Shown here: positions 10,374 to 19,591 of the stretch, in pieces
Numbering within the stretch: position 1 is the stretch's first letter
Layout of the letters: every line of letters begins with the position of its first letter
Assembly: GCA_042408925.1 (NCBI GenBank)
Contig: JBHOQO010000012.1
Span: 106-64,105 of the forward strand
Direction: 5' to 3'
DNA from: Chloroflexota bacterium
GTDB taxonomy: Bacteria; Chloroflexota; Limnocylindria; Limnocylindrales; CSP1-4
DNA: 64,000 nt
Position numbers and translations under genes: made by a program
The notes under the pieces: model-generated
What the model was told of the DNA's origin: nothing
The model's input: only the letters and a program-made list of their open reading frames with translations
Database searches by the model: none

Positions 10374-11125
10374 GCCGTCGAGCGACGATCCTCGGGCTGC
10401 TGCTCCCCTTGGCCGTCGTTCTCGCCGGCTGCAGCGGCAACGGGGCGCCGTCGGTGAGCGTCCAGATCGGGGACGGGACGGCTCAGGGCGATGGTGGGAC
10501 GTTCGCCCTCTCGCTCCAGCTCCTCGTTGCCGTCACCGTCCTGGCGGTCGTGCCGGCCGTCCTGCTCATGGCCACGAGCTTCACCCGGATCGTCGTCGTC
10601 CTCTCCCTCCTCCGGAGCGCGATCGGGATCCCAAACCTACCGCCGAACCAGGTCCTGCTCGGTCTGGCCCTCTTTCTGACGCTTTTCGTCATGGCCCCGG
10701 TCTGAGGCGAGATCCAGCGCGAGGCGATCGAGCCGTACCTCGCCGGCCGGATCGACCAAGCGACCGCCCTGGCAGCCGCCACGGGGCCGCTCCGGACGTT
10801 CATGCTCAGCCAGACGAAGGAGAGCGACCTGGCCACCTTCGTCGATCTGGCGCGCACCCCGCGCCCGAGCACCCCGGCGGACGTGCCGCTCGAGGTCCTG
10901 GTGCCGGCCTTCGTCACGAGCGAGCTCCGGACGGCCTTCACGATGGGCTTCCTCCTCTTCGTCCCGTTTCTCGTCATCGACCTCATCGTCGCCTCGGCCC
11001 TCATGAGCATGGGGATGGTCATGGTCCCGCCGACCCAGATCGCGCTACCGTTCAAGCTCCTGCTGTTCGTCCTCGTCGACGGCTGGGTCCTCATCGTCGG
11101 CTCCCTCGTCCGCAGTTTCGGGTGA
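10370..11125 (+). pseudogene. fliP: flagellar export apparatus protein FliP, interrupted by an in-frame TGA at 10703-10705 (otherwise full-length and collinear with FliP homologues)
   Basis: GTG start overlapping fliO stop; two same-frame ORFs (10370-10705 and 10706/10802-11125) align without gap to FliP: ..[22 protein letters not shown].. vs E. coli ..LFLTFFIMSPVIDKIYVDAYQPF.. Confidence 0.75.
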
Positions 11126-11400
11126 AGACGATGACCCCGAGCGAGATCATCACCGTCCTCCAGCAGGCCCTCGTCGTCGCCCTCGTCGTCGGCGGGCCGA
11201 TCCTCGCCGTGACCATCGTCGTGGGCCTCGTCGTCTCCATCCTCCAGGCGGCGACGCAGGTCCAGGAGGCGACGTTGACCTTCGTGCCGAAGATCGGCGC
11301 CGTCGCCGTCCTCCTCGTCCTGTTCGGCCCGGCGATGCTCGGTGCCCTCCTCGACTTCACCCGGGCGGTGTTCCTCGCCGTGAGCGAGGTGGCGCGATGA
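11122..11400 (+). CDS. fliQ: flagellar export apparatus protein FliQ
   Basis: 89-aa two-TM protein, FliQ family pattern; follows fliP. Confidence 0.9.
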   Translation: MKTMTPSEIITVLQQALVVALVVGGPILAVTIVVGLVVSILQAATQVQEATLTFVPKIGAVAVLLVLFGPAMLGALLDFTRAVFLAVSEVAR

Positions 11401-12155
11401 CCGGCACCCTCAGCCTCCAGCTGTCCGGGGGCGAGGTGGCGACCCTCTTCTTGGTCCTCCTCCGCTGCACGGGGTTCGTCGTCGCCGCCCCGCTCCTCGG
11501 TCACCGAGCGGTGCCGGGACCCGTCAAGGCGGGCCTCGCCGCCGTTCTCGCCGTCGGTCTCGCCCGGACCGCGAGCATCGCCCCGAGCCCGGTTCCGTTC
11601 TGGCTCGCCGTGCCGTTCGAGCTGGTCGTGGGCCTCGCCCTTGGCTTCGTCGTCGGCCTGGGCTTCCATGCCGTCGAGAGCGTCGGGCGGCTCGTCTCGC
11701 TCCAGCTCGGCCTGTCGCTCGCGCCGGTCCTCGACCCCGTTCGGGGCGACACCGGCTCGGCCCTCGATCCGCTCTTCGCGATCCTCGCGGGCCTCCTCTT
11801 CTATGCCCTCGACCTCCATCTGGCGATGCTCGCCGCCCTCGGGGCCTCGTTCGAGCACCTCCCGCTCGGCGGTAGCTGGCCCGGCGGGATCGGGCAGGCG
11901 GCGGCCGGTCTGACCGCCGTGGCGCTGGAGCTCGGCGGTCGGATTGCCCTCCCCATCGCCCTCGTCTTCCTCATCGCGGAGCTCGCCGTCGCCCTCGTCG
12001 CCCGGGCGATCCCCCAGGTCAACGTCTTCTTCCTCGGCCTGCCGCTCAAGCTCCTCGCCGGGCTCGCGGTCCTCGTGGCTGCCCTGCCGCAGCTCGCGGC
12101 GAGCGCGGCGGCCGTCGGCCGGTACTTCGTGTCCGCCGCCGGAGCGATCCGATGA
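11397..12155 (+). CDS. fliR: flagellar export apparatus protein FliR
   Basis: ~250-aa polytopic membrane protein, FliR position and pattern; ATGA overlap with fliQ. Confidence 0.9.
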   Translation: MTGTLSLQLSGGEVATLFLVLLRCTGFVVAAPLLGHRAVPGPVKAGLAAVLAVGLARTASIAPSPVPFWLAVPFELVVGLALGFVVGLGFHAVESVGRLVSLQLGLSLAPVLDPVRGDTGSALDPLFAILAGLLFYALDLHLAMLAALGASFEHLPLGGSWPGGIGQAAAGLTAVALELGGRIALPIALVFLIAELAVALVARAIPQVNVFFLGLPLKLLAGLAVLVAALPQLAASAAAVGRYFVSAAGAIR

Positions 12156-13213
12156 GCGACCAGCGCACCGAAGCCCCTACCCCTCGCCGGATCGAAGAGG
12201 CCCGTCGGAAGGGCGAGCCGGTCGGCCGGAGTCAGGAGCTGACCATGGCGGCCACCCTCGGGACCGGGGTCCTCCTCCTCGGCGCGCTCCTGCCTGGGGC
12301 GGCCGCGACGCTCGGGGCGGCGGTGCGCATGTCCGTCGACCGTCTCGCCGCTCGACCCGATCCGATCGCGAGCCTTCGGGCCCTCGGCGACGGCCTCGGA
12401 CTGGGACTCGCCATCACGGCGCCGCTCGCGGGCGCCATCCTAGTCGCCGGGGTGCTCGCCAACCTCGCTGCGGGCGGCATCGTCGTCTCGACCGGCGCGG
12501 TGCGGTTCGAGTGGAACCGACTCAATCCCCTGACCGGCCTTCGCCGGATGGTCAACCGCGAAGCGCTCACCCGCCTCGGCATCGCCCTCGCCAAGCTCGG
12601 CGTCCTCGCTGCGGCGACCTGGCTCGTTCTCGCGGGCCGCCTCGAGGGTCTGATCGGGACGACGGGAGCCTCCGCCGAGGCGATCGCCGGCACGGCGGCC
12701 GGGGTGCTCTTCGAGCTTGGCCTGACGGTCACGATCCTCCTCGGCGTCGTCGCTGCGATCGATGCCGTCCTCGCTCGGCGTCGGGCGCTCGGGGCGCTGA
12801 AGATGACGAAGGACGAGGTTCGGCGCGAGGCGAAGGACACCGAGGGCGACCCGCTCCTCCGCGGGATCCGCCGCCGCCGCGCCCGGCAACTCGCTTTCGC
12901 CCGGATGATGGACGCCGTTCCGACGGCCGACGTCGTCGTCACGAACCCGGTCCGCCTTGCCGTCGCCCTCCGCTACGACCCGGCGACGATGCGGGCGCCG
13001 CGGATCGTCGCCAAGGGCCAGCGTCTCGTGGCCGAGCGGATCCGGGAGGTTGCCCGGCGGGCCGGGGTCCCGATCGTCGAGGATCGGCCGCTGGCACGGG
13101 CTCTCTTCCCGCGCCCGCTCGGCAGCGAGGTCCCGCCGCACCTCTACCGGGCCGTGGCCCGCGTCCTCGTCATCGTCGCCCGGGCGCGGGCCCTCGCAGG
13201 GAGGCCACGATGA
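12152..13213 (+). CDS. flhB: flagellar export switch protein FlhB
   Basis: N-terminal MSDQRTEAPTPRRIEEARRKG (FlhB hallmark), 4 TM, C-terminal domain with NP(V/T)x autocleavage-type motif. Confidence 0.9.
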   Translation: MSDQRTEAPTPRRIEEARRKGEPVGRSQELTMAATLGTGVLLLGALLPGAAATLGAAVRMSVDRLAARPDPIASLRALGDGLGLGLAITAPLAGAILVAGVLANLAAGGIVVSTGAVRFEWNRLNPLTGLRRMVNREALTRLGIALAKLGVLAAATWLVLAGRLEGLIGTTGASAEAIAGTAAGVLFELGLTVTILLGVVAAIDAVLARRRALGALKMTKDEVRREAKDTEGDPLLRGIRRRRARQLAFARMMDAVPTADVVVTNPVRLAVALRYDPATMRAPRIVAKGQRLVAERIREVARRAGVPIVEDRPLARALFPRPLGSEVPPHLYRAVARVLVIVARARALAGRPR

Positions 13214-15333
13214 GCGGCACCGCTGGGTCGATGCGCGGATCGCTGGGTGCCGCGGCACCCGGTGCCCAGCCCAGGACGCTCGGTGGTGTCCTGGGCCGAA
13301 GCGACTTCATCCTCGCCGCGGCCGTCGTGGCGATCGTGGCGATGATGATCGTCCCGCTCCCGCCCGTTCTCCTCGACGTCCTCATCATCCTCAACATCAC
13401 CTTCAGCGTCACGATCCTCCTCTTGACGCTCAACGTGCGCGAGCCGGTCGAGTTCGGTGCCTTCCCGCCGCTCCTTCTCATCGCCACCCTCTTTCGGCTC
13501 GCCCTCAACGTCTCTGCCTCGCGACTCGTCCTCCTCGAGGCCCACGCCGGCGAGGTCATCAACGCCTTCGGCAACGTCGTCGTCGGCGGCAACACCGTCG
13601 TCGGCATCGTCGTCTTCCTCATCCTCGTCGTCATCCAGTACGTCGTCGTCACGAACGGCGCGGGGCGGGTCTCGGAAGTGGCGGCGCGCTTCACCCTCGA
13701 CGCGATGCCCGGCAAGCAGATGTCCATCGATGCCGACCTCAACGCCGGGCTCATCACCGCCGAGGAGGCGCGCCTTCGCCGACGGGCGATCGAGCGGGAG
13801 GCCGACTTCTACGGGGCGATGGACGGGGCCTCGAAGTTCGTCAAGGGCGACGCCATCGCGGCCATGGTCATCATCGTCGTCAACATCGTCGGCGGCTTGA
13901 CGATCGGTCTCCTCCAGCACGGCTTCAGCCTCGACCAGGCGCTCCGGACGTACACGGTCCTCACCGTCGGCGACGGCCTCGTCAACGAGATCAGCGCCCT
14001 GCTCGTCTCGGTCGCCGCCGGGATCCTCGTGACCCGCGGCACCTCGGACCACGGCCTCGGAACCGACCTCGCCGAGCAGCTCCTCGCCCGACCGCGGCTG
14101 TTCGTCGTCGTCGGGGGCATCCTCGTCGTCGTCGGCCTCGTGCCGGGCTTCCCGACCCTCATCTTCCTCGCAGCCGGCCTCCTCGTGGCGAGCGCCGGCT
14201 GGATGATCGGCGGTGGCGCCGCTCCCCGACAGGCGGAGACGCCGACCCCGAGCCAGCCCGAGCCGGCGGCGCCGACCCCGGCGATCGAGGCCGTCCTCGA
14301 CACCCTCCGGGTCGAGCCGCTCGAGCTCGCCGTCGGCTACGGGCTCGTCGGCCTCATCGACGGCTCGGCCGGCAACCCGACGGGCGGCCTCGTCGAGCGG
14401 ATCGGCCTCATCCGCCGCCAGATCGCGACCGAACTCGGGCTCATCGTCCCGACGGTCCGCGTCCACGACGATCTCACCCTCGATGCCGACGCCTACACGA
14501 TCAGTCTCCGCGGCGCCGAGATCGCTCGCGGTCGGGTGGACCCGAGCCGACTCCTCGTCATCGACCCTCGTGGCGGGGAGATCGCCGTCGACGGAGTCCC
14601 GACGACCGACCCGGTCTTCGGGGTGCCGGCGGTCTGGATCAGCGTCACCGACCGGGAGCGGGCGGAAGCCCTCGGCTACACCGTCGTCGATGCGGCGTCG
14701 GTCGTGGCGACGCACCTGGCCGAGACGATCCGGCGGCACGCTGGCGAGATCCTCGGTCGGGCCGAGACGAACCGCCTCTTGGACCTGGTCCGATCCGAGG
14801 CGCCGGGGATCGTCGAGGAGATCGTCCCGAACCTCCTGAGCGTCGGCGAGATCGAGCGCATCCTCGCCGGACTGCTCCGCGAGCAGGTTCCGATCCGCGA
14901 CCTCGTCACGATCCTCGGCGCGGCCGCCGACGCCGCCCGGTCGACGAAGGAGCCCGCCCTCCTCGTCGAGGCAGTGCGGCACGCGCTCGCGCGCGTCATC
15001 TCGCTACGCCACCGCGGCCCGGACGGCTCGATCCACGCCGTGGCGGTCGCCCCGACGACCGATAGCCGCCTCGCCGAGGCGGTCGTCGTGGGCTCCGGCC
15101 GGATCAGCCTCGAGCTTGGTCCGAACGAGTCGCGGGCGCTCCTTGAGGCGATCGGCGGTGCGATCCGGATCCTGACGGAGGCCGGTCACCCACCGCTCCT
15201 GTTGTGCCGGACCCGGACCCGGGCCGCCGTCCGATCGCTCGTCGAGCGCCAGTTCCCGCAGCTTGCGGTCGTCGCCTACGAGGAGATCGTGCCGAGCGTG
15301 CCGGTCGTCGTCCATGGACAGGTCGAGATCTAG
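13210..15333 (+). CDS. flhA: flagellar export gate protein FlhA
   Basis: FHIPEP family: 8-TM N-domain, conserved GAMDGASKFVKGDAIA loop, large cytoplasmic C-domain; ATG at 13210 overlapping flhB stop. Confidence 0.9.
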   Translation: MSGTAGSMRGSLGAAAPGAQPRTLGGVLGRSDFILAAAVVAIVAMMIVPLPPVLLDVLIILNITFSVTILLLTLNVREPVEFGAFPPLLLIATLFRLALNVSASRLVLLEAHAGEVINAFGNVVVGGNTVVGIVVFLILVVIQYVVVTNGAGRVSEVAARFTLDAMPGKQMSIDADLNAGLITAEEARLRRRAIEREADFYGAMDGASKFVKGDAIAAMVIIVVNIVGGLTIGLLQHGFSLDQALRTYTVLTVGDGLVNEISALLVSVAAGILVTRGTSDHGLGTDLAEQLLARPRLFVVVGGILVVVGLVPGFPTLIFLAAGLLVASAGWMIGGGAAPRQAETPTPSQPEPAAPTPAIEAVLDTLRVEPLELAVGYGLVGLIDGSAGNPTGGLVERIGLIRRQIATELGLIVPTVRVHDDLTLDADAYTISLRGAEIARGRVDPSRLLVIDPRGGEIAVDGVPTTDPVFGVPAVWISVTDRERAEALGYTVVDAASVVATHLAETIRRHAGEILGRAETNRLLDLVRSEAPGIVEEIVPNLLSVGEIERILAGLLREQVPIRDLVTILGAAADAARSTKEPALLVEAVRHALARVISLRHRGPDGSIHAVAVAPTTDSRLAEAVVVGSGRISLELGPNESRALLEAIGGAIRILTEAGHPPLLLCRTRTRAAVRSLVERQFPQLAVVAYEEIVPSVPVVVHGQVEI

Positions 15334-15348
15334 CTGGAGGTCCCCGAG

Positions 15349-15639
15349 ATGGAACTGCTTGTCGCTGGCTGGGTGGCGCGCTTGACCCTGTTCGCCGCCC
15401 TCCTCGTCGGCGGCCTGTCGCTCCAGGCCGGGCTCGGGCCCCTCGACGCTGCGCTTCGCGCCGCCTTCGCCGCCTTCGTCTTCACGACCGCCGGCCGGAT
15501 CGCCATCAGCCTCCTCGAAACGCCCGAGCAGCGCCTCCTCCGCCTCCGGGCGAAACGCGAGCGTGCCCGCGCCAAGGGCGCGACGGGGGCACGATCGGCG
15601 GCGGTGGCGGCTGAGCCATCCGCGAGGACGAGCCGATGA
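15349..15639 (+). CDS. hypothetical small two-TM membrane protein with basic C-terminus
   Basis: GGAGG RBS 8 nt upstream of ATG; 2 predicted TM helices; no recognisable family. Confidence 0.4.
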   Translation: MELLVAGWVARLTLFAALLVGGLSLQAGLGPLDAALRAAFAAFVFTTAGRIAISLLETPEQRLLRLRAKRERARAKGATGARSAAVAAEPSARTSR

Positions 15640-16547
15640 CGACCGGCTCCTGGCCCCGCCTCGCGGGCGGCAGCGCACCCTGGCTCCTCGCCCCCGAGAT
15701 CTCGGTACCGACGACGCGTGTCCCGGCGGCAGCGGAGGCATCGAAGGCCCGCGTCGCCCCATTCGTCTCCGGTGCACCGGCCGTGGTCGCGGTGGGCTCC
15801 GCCGACCGAGAGGCGCTCATCGCCCGCTACGGCCACCTCGTCAAGTACGTCGTCGGGCGGCTCGGAGCGGTCGTCCCCGGCGTCTTCGACCACGAGGACG
15901 CGATGCAGGCAGGTGCCATCGGCCTCCTCCGCGCCATCGATGCCTATCGACCCGAATCGGCGGCGTCGTTCGAGTCGTACGCCATCGTCCGCATCCGGGG
16001 CGCCATCCTCGACGCGGTCCGCGCCCTCGACGCCGTCGGCCGAGCCGGACGCGAGGCGGCGCGTTCGATCGGGGCGGCGATCGCCGAGCTCCAGGCCGAG
16101 CTCGGGCGGATGCCGGACGAGACGGAGGTCGCCGCCCGCCTCGGGATCTCCGTCGAGCGCTATCGGGAGCGCCTCGCCGCCGCCTCGCTGACGACGATCT
16201 CCCTCGACGCTCTCGAGATCCACGAACGGGACGACGAGGGCACGAGCGTCCTCGACTCGGCCGTCGACCCCGACGCCCCCGATCCCGAGGAGGCGGCCCT
16301 TCGCCGAAGCGAGGTGGAGCAGCTGGCCCGCGAGATCGAGCGGCTCCCCGAACGCCAGCGGCTCGTCCTGGCCCTCTACTACCAGGATGGTCTGACGTTC
16401 CGCGAGATCGGCGCCCTCCTCGGGGTGACCGAGTCGCGCATCTGCCAGATCCACACCGAGGCCGTGCTCGCCCTGCGAGCACGGCTCCTTGGACCGGCGG
16501 CGGTCGCCGACCGCCGCCTCCGACGCACCCGGAGGGCGTTGCCATGA
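15636..16547 (+). CDS. fliA: flagellar sigma factor sigma-28 (FliA/SigD/WhiG family); start may be ~45 codons downstream
   Basis: sigma-70 regions 2, 3 and 4 recognisable (YGHLVKYVV.., AIDAYRPE..FESYAIVRIRGAILD, ..LTFREIGALLGVTESRICQIHTEAV). Confidence 0.85.
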   Translation: MTTGSWPRLAGGSAPWLLAPEISVPTTRVPAAAEASKARVAPFVSGAPAVVAVGSADREALIARYGHLVKYVVGRLGAVVPGVFDHEDAMQAGAIGLLRAIDAYRPESAASFESYAIVRIRGAILDAVRALDAVGRAGREAARSIGAAIAELQAELGRMPDETEVAARLGISVERYRERLAAASLTTISLDALEIHERDDEGTSVLDSAVDPDAPDPEEAALRRSEVEQLAREIERLPERQRLVLALYYQDGLTFREIGALLGVTESRICQIHTEAVLALRARLLGPAAVADRRLRRTRRALP

Positions 16548-17263
16548 TCCGTGGCTGGTACACCTCGCTGTCGGGCGCCATCGCGGCGCTCCGACGGCTC
16601 GATGTCGTCGCCGACAACATTGCCAACGTCAACACGCCCGGTTTTCGGGCCAGCCGAACGGGGCAGGCCGACTTCGGGATCGAACTCGCCCGAGTGGACG
16701 GCCTTCACCTCGGGCGTCTCGGGACCGCGACCGTGCCGATCGGTACGGTCCTCGATCTCGCCCAGGGCGGCATGGAACCGACGGGCGAGCCGACGGACCT
16801 CGCCATCGAGGGCGACGGCTTCTTCGTCGTGCGCCGCGCCGATGGGTCCCTCGCCTACACCCGGGCCGGCGCCTTCCGGTTCGATGCAGCAGGGCGGTTG
16901 ACGACCGTCGACGGCCTCCTCGTCATCGGCACCGATGGTGGGCCCGTCGTGGCGCCGGCCGGGCCGTTCGTCGTGGCCGCCGACGGAACGGTTGCCGGCA
17001 CCGGGCAGCGGATCGCCCTCGTCGCCGCGCCGGCCGGCAGCGTCCGTCGCCTCGGCGGCTCGCTGTTCGCCATCGACGCTCCAACGACCCCGGCCGCTGG
17101 CCGGATCCGTCAGGGTGTCCTGGAGCGATCGAACGTCGATCTCGCTTCGGCCCTCACCGACCTCATCGCCCTCCAGCGGTCGATGGCCCTGAGCTCGCGG
17201 GCCTGGTCGGTCGCCGATGCGACGCTCGACGAGGGGATCCGCATCGGGAGGCTGCGCGGATGA
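16544..17263 (+). CDS. flgG: flagellar basal-body rod protein FlgG/FlgF-like (short)
   Basis: N-terminal rod motif (SGAIAALRRLDVVADNIANVNTPGF) and C-terminal rod motif (GVLERSNVDLASALTDLIALQRSMA). Confidence 0.8.
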   Translation: MIRGWYTSLSGAIAALRRLDVVADNIANVNTPGFRASRTGQADFGIELARVDGLHLGRLGTATVPIGTVLDLAQGGMEPTGEPTDLAIEGDGFFVVRRADGSLAYTRAGAFRFDAAGRLTTVDGLLVIGTDGGPVVAPAGPFVVAADGTVAGTGQRIALVAAPAGSVRRLGGSLFAIDAPTTPAAGRIRQGVLERSNVDLASALTDLIALQRSMALSSRAWSVADATLDEGIRIGRLRG

Positions 17264-17328
17264 GCGCGTGGCCTCAAGACCGCGCGCCGATCCGCCGACA
17301 CCTCCAGAAGCGATGAGGGAGGTCGACC

Positions 17329-17631
17329 ATGAAGATCAACGACATCCCGGGCCGCAGCCTCGATCCGCTCGTCGGCGGTCGCTCGCTGCCCGGCGTCCGA
17401 GGGGGCGATGCGCGGGATCGCGCGACGGGCACCGATCCGGTGGCCTCGCCCGCCGCCAGCGTCAGCCTCTCGGAGCGGAGTCGCGAGCTCCACGCCGTCC
17501 TCGCCGCGGCCGCCGCTGCCGCGGATGTCCGGGCGGAGCGGGTGGACGCGATCCGGCGGCAGCTCGACGCCGGCACGTACCGGATCGACCCGGTCGCCGT
17601 CGCCCGGGCGATGCTCGAGCGCTCGAGGTGA
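17329..17631 (+). CDS. flgM: anti-sigma-28 factor FlgM
   Basis: ~100 aa, C-terminal ERVDAIRRQLDAGTYRIDPVAVARAM typical of FlgM; directly downstream of fliA/rod gene. Confidence 0.75.
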   Translation: MKINDIPGRSLDPLVGGRSLPGVRGGDARDRATGTDPVASPAASVSLSERSRELHAVLAAAAAAADVRAERVDAIRRQLDAGTYRIDPVAVARAMLERSR

Positions 17632-17636
17632 CGACG

Positions 17637-18077
17637 ATGGCAGCGGCGCCAAGCCCTCCTGGGAGGGAGCCGCTCCGGTCGCTCGAAGCCCTCGTCGGGG
17701 CGTTGGAGCAGCTCGCCCTCGCCGTCGCTCGCCACGATCACGCCGCCCTCTCGGCGGCAACGGCGGAGGCGACCGCGCTCGTCGAGCTGGTCGAGCGGCA
17801 GGCCAGTGATGGGCTCGGTCTCCAGCCGGCCGGGCTCGACCGAACGACGCTCGACGAGCTGACCCGCCGCCTCGACGCGAGCGCGCGGCGGGCTGCCCTC
17901 CTCATCGAACGGGCCTGGTCGTCCGAGGCGGCCGCCATCCAGCTCCTCGCGCGGCTCCTCGCTCGTGATGGGGCTGAGCTGGCGACGTACGACCCGCTCG
18001 GCCACGCCGCGGCAACCCCGATGGCTGGAGGCCGTTCAGCGCCCACGCCGCCGCTCGTCGTCGAGCGGCAGGCTTGA
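17637..18077 (+). CDS. FlgN-like flagellar chaperone (putative)
   Basis: 146-aa helical protein between flgM and flgK (FlgN position); weak family resemblance only. Confidence 0.4.
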   Translation: MAAAPSPPGREPLRSLEALVGALEQLALAVARHDHAALSAATAEATALVELVERQASDGLGLQPAGLDRTTLDELTRRLDASARRAALLIERAWSSEAAAIQLLARLLARDGAELATYDPLGHAAATPMAGGRSAPTPPLVVERQA

Positions 18078-18087
18078 GGAGCCGCCG

Positions 18088-19494
18088 ATGCCCGGCGCCT
18101 GGTTCGGGTTGTCGCTCGGCCTGAGCGGCCTCCGGGCCGCCCAGACGATGCTCGAGACCGCCGCCCACAACACCGCCAACGCGAGCACCGTCGGCTATTC
18201 GCGCCAGCGAGTCCGCCTCGTCGCCGCGCCGCCATACACCTACCCGGCCTTCAACCGGTCCGGCTTCGGCCAGCTCGGGACGGGGGTTTCGATCGCGGCC
18301 GTCGAGCGGATCCGTGATCAGTTCCTCGATGCCGAGATCCGGACCCAGGTCGGGGCGACCGCTGCCTGGGCGGCGCGGCGAGATACGCTCGCCCGTGTCG
18401 AGACAATCCTTCCCGAGCCCTCGAGTGCGGCTCTCTCGGCCGCCCTCGCCCGATTCTGGGGGGCCTGGCACGACGTCGCCGCCGAACCGACGTCGATGGC
18501 CGCCCGCTCGGCCCTCGTCGAGCAGGCGGCGACCCTGGCCGCGGGGCTGAACCGGACGAGCCGCCAGCTCGCCGATCTCTCCGCCTCCATCGACGGCGAG
18601 CTCCGGGACCGGATCGGCGAGGTCAACGACATCGCCGGCCGCATTGCGGTCCTCAACGCCCAGATCCAGCGGGTCGTCGTGACCGGGGAGCGGGCGAACG
18701 ACCTCGAGGACGCCCGTGACCTCCTCCTCGAGCAGCTCTCCGAGCTCATCTCGATCGCCGCCCAACGGCAGCCCGACGGTACGATCACCGTCCTCGTCGG
18801 CGGGACGGACCTCGTGAGCGGCGACACGGTCCGGCCGATCACCGCCGGGACCAACATCGCCGGCCACGTCGAAGCGCGCTGGAGCTGGGGCGATTCCGTG
18901 GAGCTGGGAGAGGGGCGCCTCGCTGCCCTGGCGGAGCTCCGGGATGGGCCGCTGGCGTCGTACCGAACCGCCCTCGACGACCTCGCCGCCGGGGTCGCCG
19001 ATGCCGTCAATGCCCTTCATGCAACCGGGGTCGATGCGACGGGCACGCCCGGCGGCGCGTTCTTCACGTACACCGCCGGTGACGCCGCCGGCACCCTGGC
19101 TGTGGCGCCGGCGATCGCGGCCGATCCCCGCCGGGTTGCCGCCGCGTCCAGCGCCGGCCAGCCGGGCGACGGATCGATCGCCGCCGCCATCGCCGAGCTC
19201 CGCTCGGCCCGGATCCTCGCCGCCGGGACGCAGACGGCTACGGACTTCTACGCCGGGCTCGTCGGCCGGATCGGCGCCGATAGCCGGAGCGCCGCTGAGA
19301 TCGCCGCTGGCCAGTCGACCGTCGTCGACTACCTCCGCAACCGGCGGGAGGCGGTGAGCGGGGTCTCTCTGGACGAGGAGGCGGCCGACATGATCCGCTT
19401 CCAGCACGCCTATGCGGCGGCGGCGCGGGTCATCACGGCCGTCGACGAGCTCCTCGACACGCTCATCAACCGGACCGGGCTCGTGGGGCGGTGA
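18088..19494 (+). CDS. flgK: flagellar hook-associated protein 1 FlgK
   Basis: N-terminal GLSGLRAAQTMLETAAHNTANASTVGYSRQ and C-terminal DEEAADMIRFQHAYAAAARVI motifs. Confidence 0.85.
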   Translation: MPGAWFGLSLGLSGLRAAQTMLETAAHNTANASTVGYSRQRVRLVAAPPYTYPAFNRSGFGQLGTGVSIAAVERIRDQFLDAEIRTQVGATAAWAARRDTLARVETILPEPSSAALSAALARFWGAWHDVAAEPTSMAARSALVEQAATLAAGLNRTSRQLADLSASIDGELRDRIGEVNDIAGRIAVLNAQIQRVVVTGERANDLEDARDLLLEQLSELISIAAQRQPDGTITVLVGGTDLVSGDTVRPITAGTNIAGHVEARWSWGDSVELGEGRLAALAELRDGPLASYRTALDDLAAGVADAVNALHATGVDATGTPGGAFFTYTAGDAAGTLAVAPAIAADPRRVAAASSAGQPGDGSIAAAIAELRSARILAAGTQTATDFYAGLVGRIGADSRSAAEIAAGQSTVVDYLRNRREAVSGVSLDEEAADMIRFQHAYAAAARVITAVDELLDTLINRTGLVGR

Positions 19495-19591
19495 TGTCGA
19501 TGGCCGTCGGGTTCGGGCTCGTCGCGGTGCTCCTGCTCGTCTCTCGGCGCCGACTCGGTGAGCCGCCGGGCCGGCGCAGTGCGAGGAGGCC

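Noticed and set aside
10703-10705. TGA in fliP as evidence of a reassigned genetic code (UGA=Trp/Gly) or selenocysteine
   Set aside because: Many well-aligned genes here terminate at TGA (fliO, fliH, flgM, ctaD). No SECIS-like element was noted. A high-GC genome is inconsistent with the known UGA-recoded lineages.
11944-15333. A 1129-aa ORF, and the 12957-15065 and 13144-14982 ORFs, spanning flhB/flhA
   Set aside because: Only the portion from ATG 13210 matches FlhA. The upstream extension and the other frames are Arg/Pro-rich artefacts overlapping the conserved flhB.
15636-15780. A separate small gene encoded by the first ~50 codons of the fliA ORF
   Set aside because: There is no independent stop codon. 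It was treated as start-site uncertainty of fliA, not a distinct gene.
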